Assembly (NCBI GenBank): GCA_023515795.1
Contig: JALGPX010000014.1
Span: forward strand, 186,001-250,000
Direction of reading: 5' to 3'
From: Amoeboaphelidium occidentale
Lineage: Eukaryota
DNA: 64,000 nucleotides
Shown: piece by piece, positions 15,570 to 28,580 of the stretch
Layout: every line of letters starts with the position of its first letter
Numbering within the stretch: position 1 is the first letter of the stretch
The notes under the pieces: model-generated
What the model was told of the DNA's origin: nothing
Seen by the model: only the letters and a program-made list of their open reading frames with translations
Databases searched by the model: none
Made by a program: the position numbers and the translations under genes

Positions 15570-18339
15570 CTATTTAATTGAGCGCTTCTTCTTTTTAGAA
15601 GAAGTCTTCAAAGCCTGAAACTTTTGCTGCAATTCAGCCTCCCATTCTATCATCTCGTTAACGTGTTCCTGCTCCCACATATTTCTCACAGCTTTCAAGG
15701 CAGCAATATTAAAACCAACAATATCCTTTTGTTTCTGGAGGCTTGCATGTAGAGACTCTTTAATCTTCATCAAGAGGGCATCCATGTAAAGATCATCGTG
15801 TGTCTTTAAGCCTGTTGAACCCAATTGATTAATGTTTGTTTTTAGTAGAAAACTCAACACGTTAACTGTCAAAACAGGGTTTAAATTCCTTTCTGTCCAA
15901 AATAATACACAGCTTAACATAGCAGGAAGCTTTGAGAACGGAATAGTCCATAAGCATGGTTCTAAATCTGCTGATTTTAGTTTTTCCAAGACTCGCAAAA
16001 CATATTGTTCTGGATAATCACACTTGAAAGCTTGAAGTATCGGGTTGAGCTCTGGCTTTGGAATCTTTCCCTCTGATGCTTTGTACACTTTCCATAAACT
16101 CCAATGTTCTTCAGCAATTGAAAGCGCTTCAGCTAGTCGTTCACCAGCCTTCATGCTTTCTGGAGAGCTTTTTGCAACACCATTTTTATCTAATTCAGCT
16201 GAAACTTCCTGGTCGATTTGCTCTTCTAGTTCTTTTTCTCGTTCTTCTTCTAAAAACAGAGGTTCTTCTGTCTTTTCGAATACCTTGATGCATTTATCCT
16301 GACCGGAGCTAAATACGAGATTTCCCCATTTGCCAAGAGTCAGGCTTCTCACTTCTCCATGATGTTTTCCTACAAGCATAATCTGCTCAAAAGAGTCTCC
16401 GTCAAAGTACTTGACAGTCTTGTCCTTGGAGCAAGTAAAGAAGTAGTGGGTCTGAGGGACAAAGCGAATATCAGTAAGTGCATCGTCATGGGCAAGAATA
16501 GAACGGTGACAATCACCAAAGTCTAATCCCCATAATTTCACGTTCTTATCTGAACTTCCGCTAACTAGCAAAGAGCTGTCAGAGGAAATATCCATACATG
16601 TCACAGGTAGCTAAACAAGATCAGAAAACTGGGAAATATAGACAAACCTTGTGACCATACAAACTCAAGAAAAACTTGAGAGTATCGTGGTAGAACACTT
16701 TTACAGTTGAATCCAACAAAGCTACTGCTATAATTTTCTGATCTGGAGAGTACTTAACGCATCTGACTTCATCTGATAGTTCTAGTGTTCTCATATGAAA
16801 TAGTGTTAAACGACGCGACGTTTTAGAGTAGTTCAAATCTTCTACTGCACCAAAGTCCCAAAATTTAACTGTTTTATCATCACCACCACTAGCTATGCCA
16901 CCCTTGTCCGGGCGCATGTCAATTGACCATATTGGTCCTGAATGTGCTGCAATGCTCTCCAACAATGTACAAGACTGACAGTCATACAAATCTAGAGTGC
17001 CGTCTCTCGTGGAAATAATAACGTGCTTATTTCCAGGCAAGAATAAACTTGAAGTAGGTTTTCCGCCAGTGGATGGAAGCGTTCTTATACAATTTCCTGT
17101 TGTCGTGTTCCACAGCTTGATAACCAAATCACAAGCAGTAAGAATCATACTATCATCAGAACTGACTGCAATAGTTCTTATGTCAGATCTGTGGCCCTGG
17201 TGATCAACTGTGGCTTCAGCCTCGATTTCCAAAGATTCTGTGAGTTTCAATTGTCCAACAGAATTATCTGTGTATCCCAGTAAGAAACGAAGAGAATCCG
17301 AGCTCTTTGGATAAAAATCAAAAGAAGAGATCTTGGATTTAGACTTGTATACACGCTTTGAGAGCAAGTAGTCTACAGCTGTGACTTCTGCAGTCTCGCC
17401 TTCATCCATTTTCTTTTGTCTCTTTTTGAGCAACTTTTTCATATCCTCTCTGTTTCTTATCGCAAAGAATTCTACAGTACTTCCACCTGAATGGCAGGCT
17501 AAATAAGTGTCATCATAGTCAACCATCAAGCTGGCAACACGCTCTTTGCTGCTGCGATCAACATGCCCAACAAGCTTAATCCCAAGGTTTCCTTTCAAAT
17601 CCATTTCTTGATCATCAACTTGCATTTCGCTGTTTTCTTGTATCTTAAGTTTTGCTGCTAAAGCTTCCTTGTCGACGGACCACACTTTTAATTCAGCCTC
17701 TGATGACCCAGATACCAAAACACTTTCGTTCTTCAGCAAGCAAATCGACCAAACTTCTGAACGATGCCCAATAACAGTCTCTATGCAATGAAGAGAGAGA
17801 AGATCCCATACACGAATTATTGTGTCCTTTGACGAAGAAATCAAGAATTTAGATTTGCCGTCGTCATGTAAGAATTCAAGATCTGTAATCTGATCTTTGC
17901 TTCCCTTGAATTTGTGCAAACCCGTCTCTGCAATAACATCCCATAAGATAATATCCGTGTCTTTTGAGCCAGAAGCCAGTAATGTACCTTCTTGGTTGAA
18001 TCGCAGGGTTGTGATAGCGCTTTTATGACCATTTAATCTCATAATGCATTCATGGCTATCTAGATTCCACAAGCGTATCGTTCCGTCTTCATAACCAACG
18101 GCAAATACTCTCTCGTTGAATGACTTTGGAGCCCTTAGGATACGCGTTACTCGTGCCTTATTGTCCTCAGCGCGAAAGATTCCAACTTGTGTTCCTTGAC
18201 GCAAGTGCCAAATTGCAACGTTTTCAAGAGCAGGGCACACGGAAAGCTTTGCGGTAGCATCAAACACGCAGTTTCCGGTACTAGAATATATGGAGCCAAA
18301 TGCGCGGAGCTGTTCGTATCTCAAGTAATTCTTCGGCAT
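15570..18339 (-). CDS. UTP12: SSU processome WD40 protein Utp12/Dip2/WDR3
   Basis: N-terminal K.YLRY, WD repeats, LKFFLSLYGHK|LPV..MDIS across the 37-nt intron 16611-16647, and Utp12 C-terminal domain. Confidence 0.95.
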
Positions 18340-18394
18340 TTTTGATCAAAGATCAGAAAAACGAAGTTTTCATTTGTGAAGTCTATTCTTATTC

Positions 18395-21300
18395 TTATAC
18401 GTTTACAGCTTTCTTATCGACAACAATTCCACGCTTTCCTGCCTTCTTGGCTATGGATTTAGGGTTCAATGGAATGTATGCAAACGGATCTAAACTTCCG
18501 TCCTTCTTCACGTCACCTTTAGCCTTCTTACTTCTAAAATCTTTGCCAGTATGCTGAATACCACGCTTCTTCATTTCAATATGAGACAGCTTCTTAGTCT
18601 TTTGTTTTCTCTTTTTGTTTGTTGCCGTTGCTTCCACTTCTTCATCATCGCTCTCAGCTTTCCTCTTTTGTGAAAACTTGATCCTCTTTCCATCAGCGGA
18701 GCGAGTATAAGCATCTTTCGATTTCATCATTTCCATGTAAGTATCTCCAGCTTCGTCTTCTTCATCTAGAGTTCCGGCCATTAATGTATCTTCATCTTCA
18801 ATAATTAACTTTCCGGAACGATCGGTTTTGAAAGCAGTTGACTTTTTAGACTTTGAATTAATAGAGTCACGCTTCAGAGATGAGGAGCCAGAGTGGATGA
18901 CGTTCTTCGCAACGCTTTTGCTCATAAAATCCAAAGGATCTTCGTCATCTGATTCTGCCTTAATATGAACGCCTTCTTTAGTTTTTTTGCTTCTTGAGTT
19001 ATTCAACTGCTTAAATAGCTCCGGCAACTCTTCTTCGTCGTTAATATCCTCGTCTTGACTATCCCTCTCTTCCTCCTCGTCCATCATGAGTTCATCGAAC
19101 GATTTGGATGCGTTTGACTCATTTTCTTTAAACTGAACCTTCTTTTTCTCGCTGCGCTCCTTCCGCTTTCTAATATTGGAAACCAACTTCGAGTGCTCTT
19201 GAGGAATAAACTTAACAACGCGGTCCAAGCCATACTTCTTGACCATTCTCTCCAAGATATAACGACATGCCAGTTTGAAGTGGGACTTGTGTTCATTTGT
19301 CCAACGCAGACAAGCGAAAATAATGGCGCTCATGTACCCAAACTCTGTGTCTGACATCATTTCATCTCCACCGTCTTCATCACTTTCAGGTTTGAAAGGA
19401 ACGTCAGAGTTCTTCTCGACAATTTCCGGGCAAGCTTTAAGAACAACCTTAATAAAACCAACACATGCTTTGATAATTTCCCTGTTTTTGCAATTGATAG
19501 CATACGCAAGCACAGTTTGAATCATGACTTCAAGCATTTCATCAGGAATATCATCCTTTTCGGATGAAGTTCTGAATTCATAAAGAAGTCTGGAAAGTGC
19601 GTGAATAGTTGCTGAAATCATTTGCGGAGTTCTTGCGGCAAGACCAGCCAAAATCATATTAAATAGCTCCATTAGACTTGCTTTGAACATAATAGGCTCC
19701 TCTCCTTCTTCGCTCATAATTAATTCGCACGTTCCCTGAGACTCTTTTTCTGCCTTGACTACAAACTTCGAAATCGATACCAGACACTCGTAAGATTCTA
19801 CTCTGGCCTTTTCGCTATTCTCTTTCGTTCCTAAAACAACTTCAGACAAGGCAGCTGGGATAAACGAGCAATCTGATTTTCTTCTCCAATTCAAGTTGTT
19901 AATAAGTAACTTCATCATGGCAAACCTCTCTTTCTTGGAAGAAACGTGGACTTTCTCAGAGACTGAAACTATTTCTTCTAGCAAAGGTGTCATAAAAGAC
20001 TCGTTCTCAAGGAACGATGCCTTTGCTTTTTCATCGTCGATCAATAGTATTCTGTTAAGAATACGGTAGCATTTCTTCTGCATGTTTCCTTCAGCCTCTC
20101 CGATTCCCTTAATAGACATTTTGGCCAAAACAGCCAAAGATTCAACGCCAAGACGCTTGGACAGCAAAATCGCGCTGGCCAAATCTAAAAGGGATTGTTT
20201 CTTCGCCATAAATTCATTATTTTCTGCACCTTGCGTAGCATCTGGCTGTAGCGCTAAAAATTGTCTAAGAGTGGCCTGAAAGAAAGCGTTCAAGTCGCTG
20301 TCTGGTGCAACTCGCATCCACGCATTAATGCATTCCAACACGCAGGTTTTCATTTGAATCATTGAAAGTGGAAGATCCTGTTTCACTTGAGACACTTCAG
20401 ACAAACACAAATCAACATACTTTGTGAAAAGATGCGGCAGAATATCTGTTGCCTTTGAAGATAAGACGCCGATACTATCTCTCGCGATTTCGCTTGTCAT
20501 AACTGTCTCATCGGAGATACTTTCTGCATCTTTGTAGCTTTCCAAAGAAGTCAACAAAATTCGTAAACCTTTACAAATATCAGGAAGAAGGTTTAAGTTT
20601 GAGCCAATTAGAGGAATCACAACTTCAAACAATTGCGGCAAGCATTCTTGAGCGTCAAGAGGTGCGTTGCAAAATGACGAAAATAAGCCCCATAATTGAG
20701 ACCAGACAATAGCGCACAGTTTTCCCTCCATTTCGGTTGACTTCAAAGACAACAATTCTTTTCCTCTTTCAGCTAAAGACTGCGACAACGGAACAATAAA
20801 ATCCAAGAAAAACGCCAACTCTGGATCTTTGATGTTTTCTTTCATTATAGGAACAACCCAAGGTCTTGTGAATCCAGTTTTAGTCAATCCAAAAGGCATT
20901 ATTTTCACAAACTCTTTGGCGCCAACAGCAGAGATAGCAGAGCCAATTGCTCGCGTGAACTCTTCCATACCAGCAAAGTGCTCATTGTCCCCATAAACTT
21001 CATCGTCTGAAAGTTTTTCAATTAGCGGATAAGAAAGCTTAACAGCGTTTGGATTTGTGCGAACGTGGGAACCAAGATGAACAAACATGTCTCCTACAAG
21101 ATCCATCACAACATTCCACCCACTCTGATAAGAAAGCGATAAACCATCAAGCAATACACTAACAATTTCTTTAATAGCATCTTCATTCATCTTTTCGTCA
21201 TAAGTCAAAGAAATTATGGAAGACGCAGAAAGTTTCACAGCTTCGTGCAGCTTCTTTGTTTGCTGCTGTGTATGAGGCGTAAATTGTAACAGTTGAAATA

Positions 21301-22282
21301 CTGTACGAAAGACACGTGATACAATATTCCTTGATTGTTTAATGTCAACAACATACAGAGCACCAAGGCAACCCACAACCGTTGCAAGCCAAGAAGGGAT
21401 CAAAGAATCATTAATATCTGGTCTTCTTTCTAAAATATTTTCCAGAGTATCAACAAGTAACTCATTGTCTTCAACGCCAGAAGCATTTATCATTTCGAAT
21501 AATTCACAAAGAGCGTCATAAATTGCTAGAAGCAAATGACCGTTCTTGCTTCCTAATTTAAGCTTGCTGATGCTCGAACATAGCGATAAAATCGAGGAAC
21601 CAGACAAATAAGGCAAGACCTCACGCACTATACCAAAAGATTTGAAAAGATCCTCTTCGTTATCATGCGATTTGAAAGAAGAACAAACATGCTTCACAAC
21701 CAGTTTCTCTGCAGGATGATGCACCAAAGGAGGAGGTGGTGGGTGCGATAAGATTCGAACAACACAGGATACTCCAACTTTGCGTACCTTGGGCTTTTCA
21801 TCAGAGCATTTCGCAAGCAAAATCTGAAAAATAGAGCACACACTACTCGATGACCACGCGGAAGCTTCCTGAGATAGAACCATGTATGATAACGCGTCCA
21901 TAGCATGACGTTGAATAATTGAACTCTCCGTGTATTTCTGCAGAATTTCCATAAGTATCAAAGATGTCTCTTCGAACTGATTCTGCAATACTGGTGCATT
22001 AACATGAGAGCACGCCACAGAAAACAAAGAAACTATCGCAGTCATATCAGCTTCGTCGGTAGAATCTTCATTTTGAATGTTGTTCTTCAATAATATCAGC
22101 AAATTAGCGTAATAAGCGGTCGGAGTCAGATCAAGATTGCTGTGTTGAATGACATCCTCTACAGCTGAGAGTAACGCGACGAGCTAAAGATAAGACACGA
22201 AGAATTACAATATTACCCTCTTTTGGTTCTCGAGACCCGCATTGGGTTTTCTGTACTTGGCGAAAATATCACTTAGTTGCAT
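18395..22282 (-). CDS. RRP12: Pre-rRNA processing HEAT/NUC173 protein Rrp12
   Basis: C-terminal G..FRSKKAKGDVKK.G.LDPFAYIPL; first exon MQLSDIFAKYR...LENQKR with 33-nt intron 22184-22216. Confidence 0.92.
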
Positions 22283-22322
22283 GTCAAAAAAATTGAACAG
22301 TTTCTTTTCTCAACCAACAACC

Positions 22323-22684
22323 ATGCCAAATCCACTGGTTTCCACAAATTTACTCAGCGTACGTTTTCATATATATTTCTCATTAGTAGTTTTTGCGTTA
22401 CGGAGCTTTAGCAGGAGGACTTTTGTATGGAGTAACTCACAACTGGTCACTTTACCGTCAGCACAAGAAGGCTCAAGATGAACATGACCACCACCAGAAA
22501 GTATTGGACAAAGCAAATGAATTATGGTCACAGCACGTAACAAAGCAGCTCGGAGGTTAGTTAATTAAGTGGATTGTTGTTAAATATTTTAGTGAACTTC
22601 GACCCTGATAGCCCAGCTTTTGATCTCGAGAAGGTGTTGCAGTACGCTGACTCTCAGAGTAGCGCTGCCCCTGCTGGACATTAA
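22323..22684 (+). CDS. TIM11: Mitochondrial ATP synthase subunit e (Tim11/Atp21), 3 exons; not in the ORF track
   Basis: Spliced with introns 22359-22389 and 22556-22592: MPNPLVSTNLLSFLRYGALAGGLLYG...DPDSPAFDLEKVL. Shows the LRY.AL..G...G motif and C-terminal P..D.E pattern. Confidence 0.85.
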
Positions 22685-22721
22685 TCGAAAGCAACTTCGC
22701 TAATAAATACCTTAAAGAAGT

Positions 22722-25358
22722 CTATTGATTTGATTCCACTGGGAATACCACTCTTTTTGGCCGAAGTTTCTGTTTGCCTCGGCGACAATCAGGTTCTGCT
22801 ATAGTATTTCGATCTTCCATCACATTAGGGGCTTTGTTCTCATTCATGGAAGCGCCTAGTTTCTTAAAAGTAGATTTCAATCCTGTTGCATTAAACATTG
22901 GTGAAAACTTCTTGATCTTGTCTTGGTGATCGTGCTTCTTGGATGGCATTTTCGGTGTGTTGCATGAATATGTTAGCTCTTCTCCATTTAAAGTCGCAGT
23001 ATCCTGATTTTCAATTATATGTGCATCATTAAAAACCACTTGGACGCCACCTGAAGGACTTTGGTGCATTTCACCATCAACAACAAACACACCATCCTCT
23101 TCCTCGCATACAGCCTGATAACCATCGAACTTTGAAGCCCTTTCAAGAATACTGTTGTGAGGCACAGAATGACGTCTGCCAAGTGGGGAGTCCGCTTCTG
23201 CGCCATATGAACACTCCACAAATACATGACTTAGTTTTTTCTTTGAGACGGTACATGTCTTTGGTGAACTTTGCAACGAAGACACGAGCAAGGCCTTTCG
23301 AAGTCTCATAATCTCCACTTCTTTTTCCTTCAGCAATTTATCTTTTTGTTTTAAACGCTTAGTTAAAGTCTTTTCTTTCTCCTTCAAATTCTCAAGTTGT
23401 TGATTGCTATCCAATAGTTGTTTCTCAAGCACTTTCAGCTGGCACTCAAAACCTTCTTGTACCTTACGCAGTGTTTCCATGTCATCTGTAGGACCCACGT
23501 TATCTTGGGATGGTGCTAATCTTTCATTCAAAGCCTCGATTTCCCGATCCTTTAATTCGATGATAGATGCAGCATACTCAAGATCTCCAAGATACTCTAA
23601 AATTTGTGCATCATAACTTTGAGTTAACAGTTCCAATTTCTTGGAGCTTCTTTCTTCTGCCTCTTCTAACTACCAAAATAAGTTTGCGATTTCATCAAAT
23701 TACCATATTTTTTAGCATATCATTGTAAAATTCTTCCATTTCGACTATATTTCTTGTGTAATCATCAACCATTTCATTTCTCAACAGGTTTTGGTTTGAA
23801 GCTTTTCCATTGTTAGTTATTGGAGAATTTTCGTTACTAAACTCTCTAAACTTCCCTGTCAACTTTTTTATGCTCGCACTCAGCGGCTTCTTTAATGATG
23901 AGAAATTCTTCATACTGCCTTTCTGTACCAAGCGGTTTAATCCATTATTTGATAGTCCAGAGTCAATCTTACTCAAAGGTTGAGATTTAAGCTCCCTTGC
24001 TATCGCACTGAACTCCATCACATGACTTGTCTCATCGTAACATTTATGAGACGGATTGATATTGATTATGAAGGTCAAAGCACCCTTCTGCGAGCTTGTT
24101 AGTTCGTATTCAAGTATCTGTGTAAGTTTCGAGTTTCTGAACGACACAAACTCTCCACCTCTAGAATTAGAAGTTTTACCTCTTATGTCCCTAATACAAG
24201 CTTGCAAAGCAGATAGAGAATTATTGATAGCTCCAGCCTCTTTCATTCTTTCTGTTGTAGTCATAGTTGAACATCTTTCGCTGCCCGCCAAATCAACAAA
24301 CATCAGCGTGCTCATGCTTGTATATTTGATGATTTGCGAGTAATCCTCTATGACTCCAAGATCAAATTTTGGAATCTTAATTAATTGCAGAAGAAACAAA
24401 GCATGGCTTCTGCTCGACATTGAGTTGTGTTGTGTTGCTTCAACTCTTCGATGCGTGTAGACCCTATCTAGCAATACTTGAGCGTCACTTAATGACCTGA
24501 TTCTATGCTTTGATAATTTGTCGACAAACACTGCCCTCTTACTTGTTGGCGCCCGTTTGAGGTCCAAGCTCTCATAAGTAGTATCAAACAAATCAAAGAT
24601 CTTGTCGCCGTAGTTTTCATAAGCACTAAAAAATAATGCGTACTCATATTCATTATCATCAGGAGATAAACATTCTTGAAGTGCTTTGTAATCCTCTTGC
24701 TTCTGCAGTTCAACTTCATTGAATCGAAAAGGTTTTAGTGAAATATCGGAATGATTTTGACCTATTGAAATCAGTATCGATTCAATAGACCTTAAAACGA
24801 GCCCAGAATTATCAGGCGTTCCATAAATTGTAAAGCTTTTCCCTGCATTAGTAACTCCGTAGCAAAGTATCGTTCGATTTTGACCTGAAACAACAACGCT
24901 TTCGACGGCAGGCTTTCCTATCTCATTGAAAAAGCTCTCCTGTGAAGTATCGCCATTGAAAACTCTGTTAAACAGAAAGATTCCATCATGCCTGTTCTTC
25001 GTTTTGAACGCATGGCTTTCGCTTGGCGCAGACAAGCGCACCCTACGATCATCCAAGATTTCGATCACACTTTGCTCCATGCTATCAATGGGCCTTATCC
25101 TCAAAAAAGTCTACAGTAATTAAGTAAAACACGACAAATAGATTTACTTCAATTGGCCCATTGTTCAAATCATTACTTAAGAAATGATCTTGGTCATTCA
25201 GCAAGGTCGAAGGTTTCAAGGGATTAAGGATGTTTGGCGTCCCTAATGGTGCTGTAAGAGTTCTGTACAAAGGCCTGGGTGTCCTATTAATCAATGAAAG
25301 AGTGTTTCATCATTATCAGTTACCTTGTTACAGCGACATTTTCCTTTGTTGTCGGCAT
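22722..25358 (-). CDS. Kinesin-6-like motor (Klp9/KIF20/KIF23 type) with coiled-coil tail
   Basis: FLRIRP, YGVTNAGKSFT, SSRSH and VDLAGSER motifs with a long loop-6 insertion. Introns 25284-25323, 25111-25147 and about 23670-23702. N-terminal KEN motif. Confidence 0.85.
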
Positions 25359-26396
25359 GTTTGGGATTCAAATCGCTAAAAACGGTGGCGTCGAAGTTAT
25401 GGAGTATCTTAGCACGTTGGCTAAACCAGTGCCTTCTAATGGGCAGGTTCTTGTTAAGAATGCATTCGCTGGAGTGAATTATATCGATACTTATCATCGC
25501 AGTGGTTTATATCCTGTTAAGTTTCCGCTAATTCTTGGTCGCGAAGGAAGTGGGATAGTTGATGAAGTCGGTCCAGGCGTTACAAAGTTCAAGAAGGGAG
25601 ATCGCGTTGCTTATTTTGCACAGGGGTCTTACGCTGAGTACACTGCTGCTCCTGTTTCGACGACTGCTCTACTTCCAAATTCTTGCAAGTTCGAAGATGG
25701 TTCGATCGCGATAGTTTCTGGCCTTACAGCTCTGATGTTAAGTAGGAAGGTTTATTCTGTTGACTCAAATGATGTTGTTTTGGTTCATGTAAGTCCAAGT
25801 TCGTGGAAGGTTAATGTCTAGGCTGCTGCTGGTGGAATAGGTCAATTGTTGTGTCAGATATGCAAGCATCATGGCGCGAAGGTAATTGGCACTACTTCTA
25901 CTGCGGAAAAGGCCAAGGTAGCTAAAGAAGCTGGTGCAGATCATGTTATTCTGTATACCGAGCAGAATGTGCAAGAGGAAGTCAACAAAATTACGAACGG
26001 TCAAGGAGTTTCCGTTGTATTTGACGGGGTTGGTAAGACAACATTTGACATAAGTTTGTCATGTTTGAGAAGACGTGGTTGGTTAATTTGCTTCGGTAAT
26101 GCTAGTGGCAAGCCAGAACCTTTTGATATTCTTCGATTGACTAAACAGGGTTCCGTTACTCTTTGCAGGCCGACTCTCTTTGACTACATAGACACAGAAG
26201 AAAGATTTACACAAAGTATGTTCATGTTCACGATAATAGTTTATTTTTAGTGATGGATGACTTGATGCAAAATTATGTTTCAAAGAATGTGATTAAATTT
26301 GATATCACTGAAATTCTGCCTTTGAGCGAAGCACGTAAAGCACATGAAAAGCTTGAGGGAAGACAGACTACCGGAAAGATTGTTTTGAAAATCTGA
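25357..26396 (+). CDS. ZTA1: NADPH:quinone oxidoreductase (zeta-crystallin/Zta1 family)
   Basis: GVNYIDTYHRSGLYP, ILGREGSG, H|AAAGG.G, FDGVGK.TF and R.TTGKIVL; two short introns. Confidence 0.9.
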
Positions 26397-26532
26397 GCAG
26401 CAAACCTTGTTAAATTTCAAGGGACAATAAACGAGATGGTTGTGCCTAAACATTGAACTCCACATGTACAATCTATTTAACTTCCTTTTCTTACTACTAA
26501 AATTTGAAACTTTTAAAACTAAAGAATCTATA

Positions 26533-28253
26533 TCAAGTAGAATCCTTATTTAAGTCGCTTGCCGTCTTTTTCACAAGCTCAAAGTAAAGCGCTTTCCAAT
26601 GTTCTACTTCAATCTTCAGTTGTTCAATCTCTTTTATAGTAGGGTCTTCGATAGGTGATGGGGTTTCGAGTATTACAATAGGTTCTTCTGCGACCGTTTC
26701 GACAGTTTGTTTTTGAACGTCAACAACTTTCTGCGCAACTACAGATTCCGACATGAACAAATCTAAGATCAAATTCTGTACATTATCATCTAGCTTTGCA
26801 TTATTTAGCATTTTATCGAATGACTTAATCACTCCAGCTTTAACTGTTGTTTTGGCTGCACTGTAAATGTTGTGTTTGAACCACTGCTCGTAGTTGCTAT
26901 CAAATTCATGAGTAGCGCGATGAAGAAATGTGACAATCCATGAAATTATATCAGAATTCTTTTCTACAGTCCGTTCCATTAGTAATAGACTTGGTTCAAT
27001 GTTCATGATACTCTCTTTGGTCGGATTGTACGTTAGCCAGTCGAAAAGCAGAGCTAATTTCATTGAGTCTGATATTGTTCTTTTTGAGTTCCTTAATAAT
27101 TTTCCTATAAGGGCGTAACGAGGAATTACACTTGAAGCTAACAGACTGTTGCTCGGATGAAATCCTCCAATAATGAATCTAATTGCATCGGAAAATATAG
27201 AGTCAGTTCCTGGGCTTCCGAAATACGTTTCCAGGAACCAGTTAACATAAAAATCATCGTTGTCTCCCCATTTGACCTAAAATGTTATCATCAAATCTAA
27301 AATTACATTCTGCATTATAAAAAGGAGCTGTTTTTCTATCTGGAAACTTGTCCGAACTTGGTGATACTGTTTCGATGTTGGCGTGTGCAGAAGAATTTCC
27401 AACGATGTACAACCAGGAATACTCCCTGTATTAGCAACGATTTCTTTTAGCAGGGATTCTAATTGCGGAATATGCCTCAAATCCAACAATGCTCTTATTA
27501 AATCACGCCCAATTTTAGCGCAATCCACAAAACGTGTCCTCAGCATCTCTTCACAATAAAGAATCTCGGAATTCTTTAAGTCTGTAATAGTATCATGTGC
27601 AACCAAACACCGCAGGAAAACGTAAACACTCATTGAAACTATCTTTGGATGCCGTAAAACCCAAATCTTGTGTTTGTTCAGTAACCCTAAAACGATCTTG
27701 ACTATTGCAATGCTTGATGAACTGAGATCACATCCAGATACGTTCCTTAGCAGCTTAAAAATCACCACGTCCATCTCGGGTATCTGTTTGCCAAGGAGTT
27801 GATCAATTAACCAGAAAAGTTGATGTTTCGCATGTATCTGCATAAACGGGAATACTTCGCCACAGAAGTGCAGCATGTACTGCACAATACCTCTAAAATT
27901 GTCCCACACAAATACCGACAGAAACATAAAGTAGTCATTTCCTATGGATTTTAATTTCAGTAAAGAGGAAAGGGTACCTCGATCCTTGTCGGTGAGTAAA
28001 CCGTACAGAAGAGCGTTAACGACTTGCTTTTTACGAGCTGAATTCTGAGATGCTAATTGTGACTGAAGCGCCGACATAAGGTCAAGCTCAGAATCATCAT
28101 TTTCAAGCAAAGGCTTCAGGTACTCGAAATCGCGCTCTAATTCCTAAAAAAGAACATAAGCGCTACAGAAGGCTGCGAGGCTACTTTGTCAATTTTATCC
28201 TCCTCTTGGAAGATATCGTAAGCGAAAATTTTTGATGCAAAGTCGAGAGACAT
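26533..28253 (-). CDS. INTS3: Integrator/SOSS subunit INTS3-like (N-terminal domain), multi-exon
   Basis: LLYGLLT, C.KIGRDLIR.L and KLAL.FDWL.Y...ESIMNIEP motifs typical of INTS3; short GT-AG introns join the ORF pieces. Confidence 0.8.
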
Positions 28254-28531
28254 CACTGAATCGTTGTAAGAAAATGTTGCGCAGAAAGCACTAACCGTCT
28301 TATAGACAAGTCTTCGCTTTTAAACATGTAATAATACATAAAAAATAGCATTCGCTTCTTAATATCTTTCACAGTTACACACAATTTCAAACTAATGGAA
28401 GCGCTATTGAAGATATAAATGCTTCCAGTGATTCTTACTGGAGCCAGGCTGGTGTTAGCGAGCAATCATCCAGCTCGATATCAAGGCCTTATCGTCACAG
28501 AATGAGCAGTTTTTTTCTGAAGTGCCAATAA
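28235..28531 (+). CDS. Putative 69-aa three-exon orphan gene (weak Apc13-like resemblance)
   Basis: Introns 28266-28305 (GTAAGA..ACTAAC..TAG) and 28328-28374 give one open frame; AATAAA overlaps the stop. Confidence 0.35.
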
Positions 28532-28580
28532 AGCCAGCGCATAAGTGCCGAATGCTCAAATTCTTTCTTCGAAACAACTA

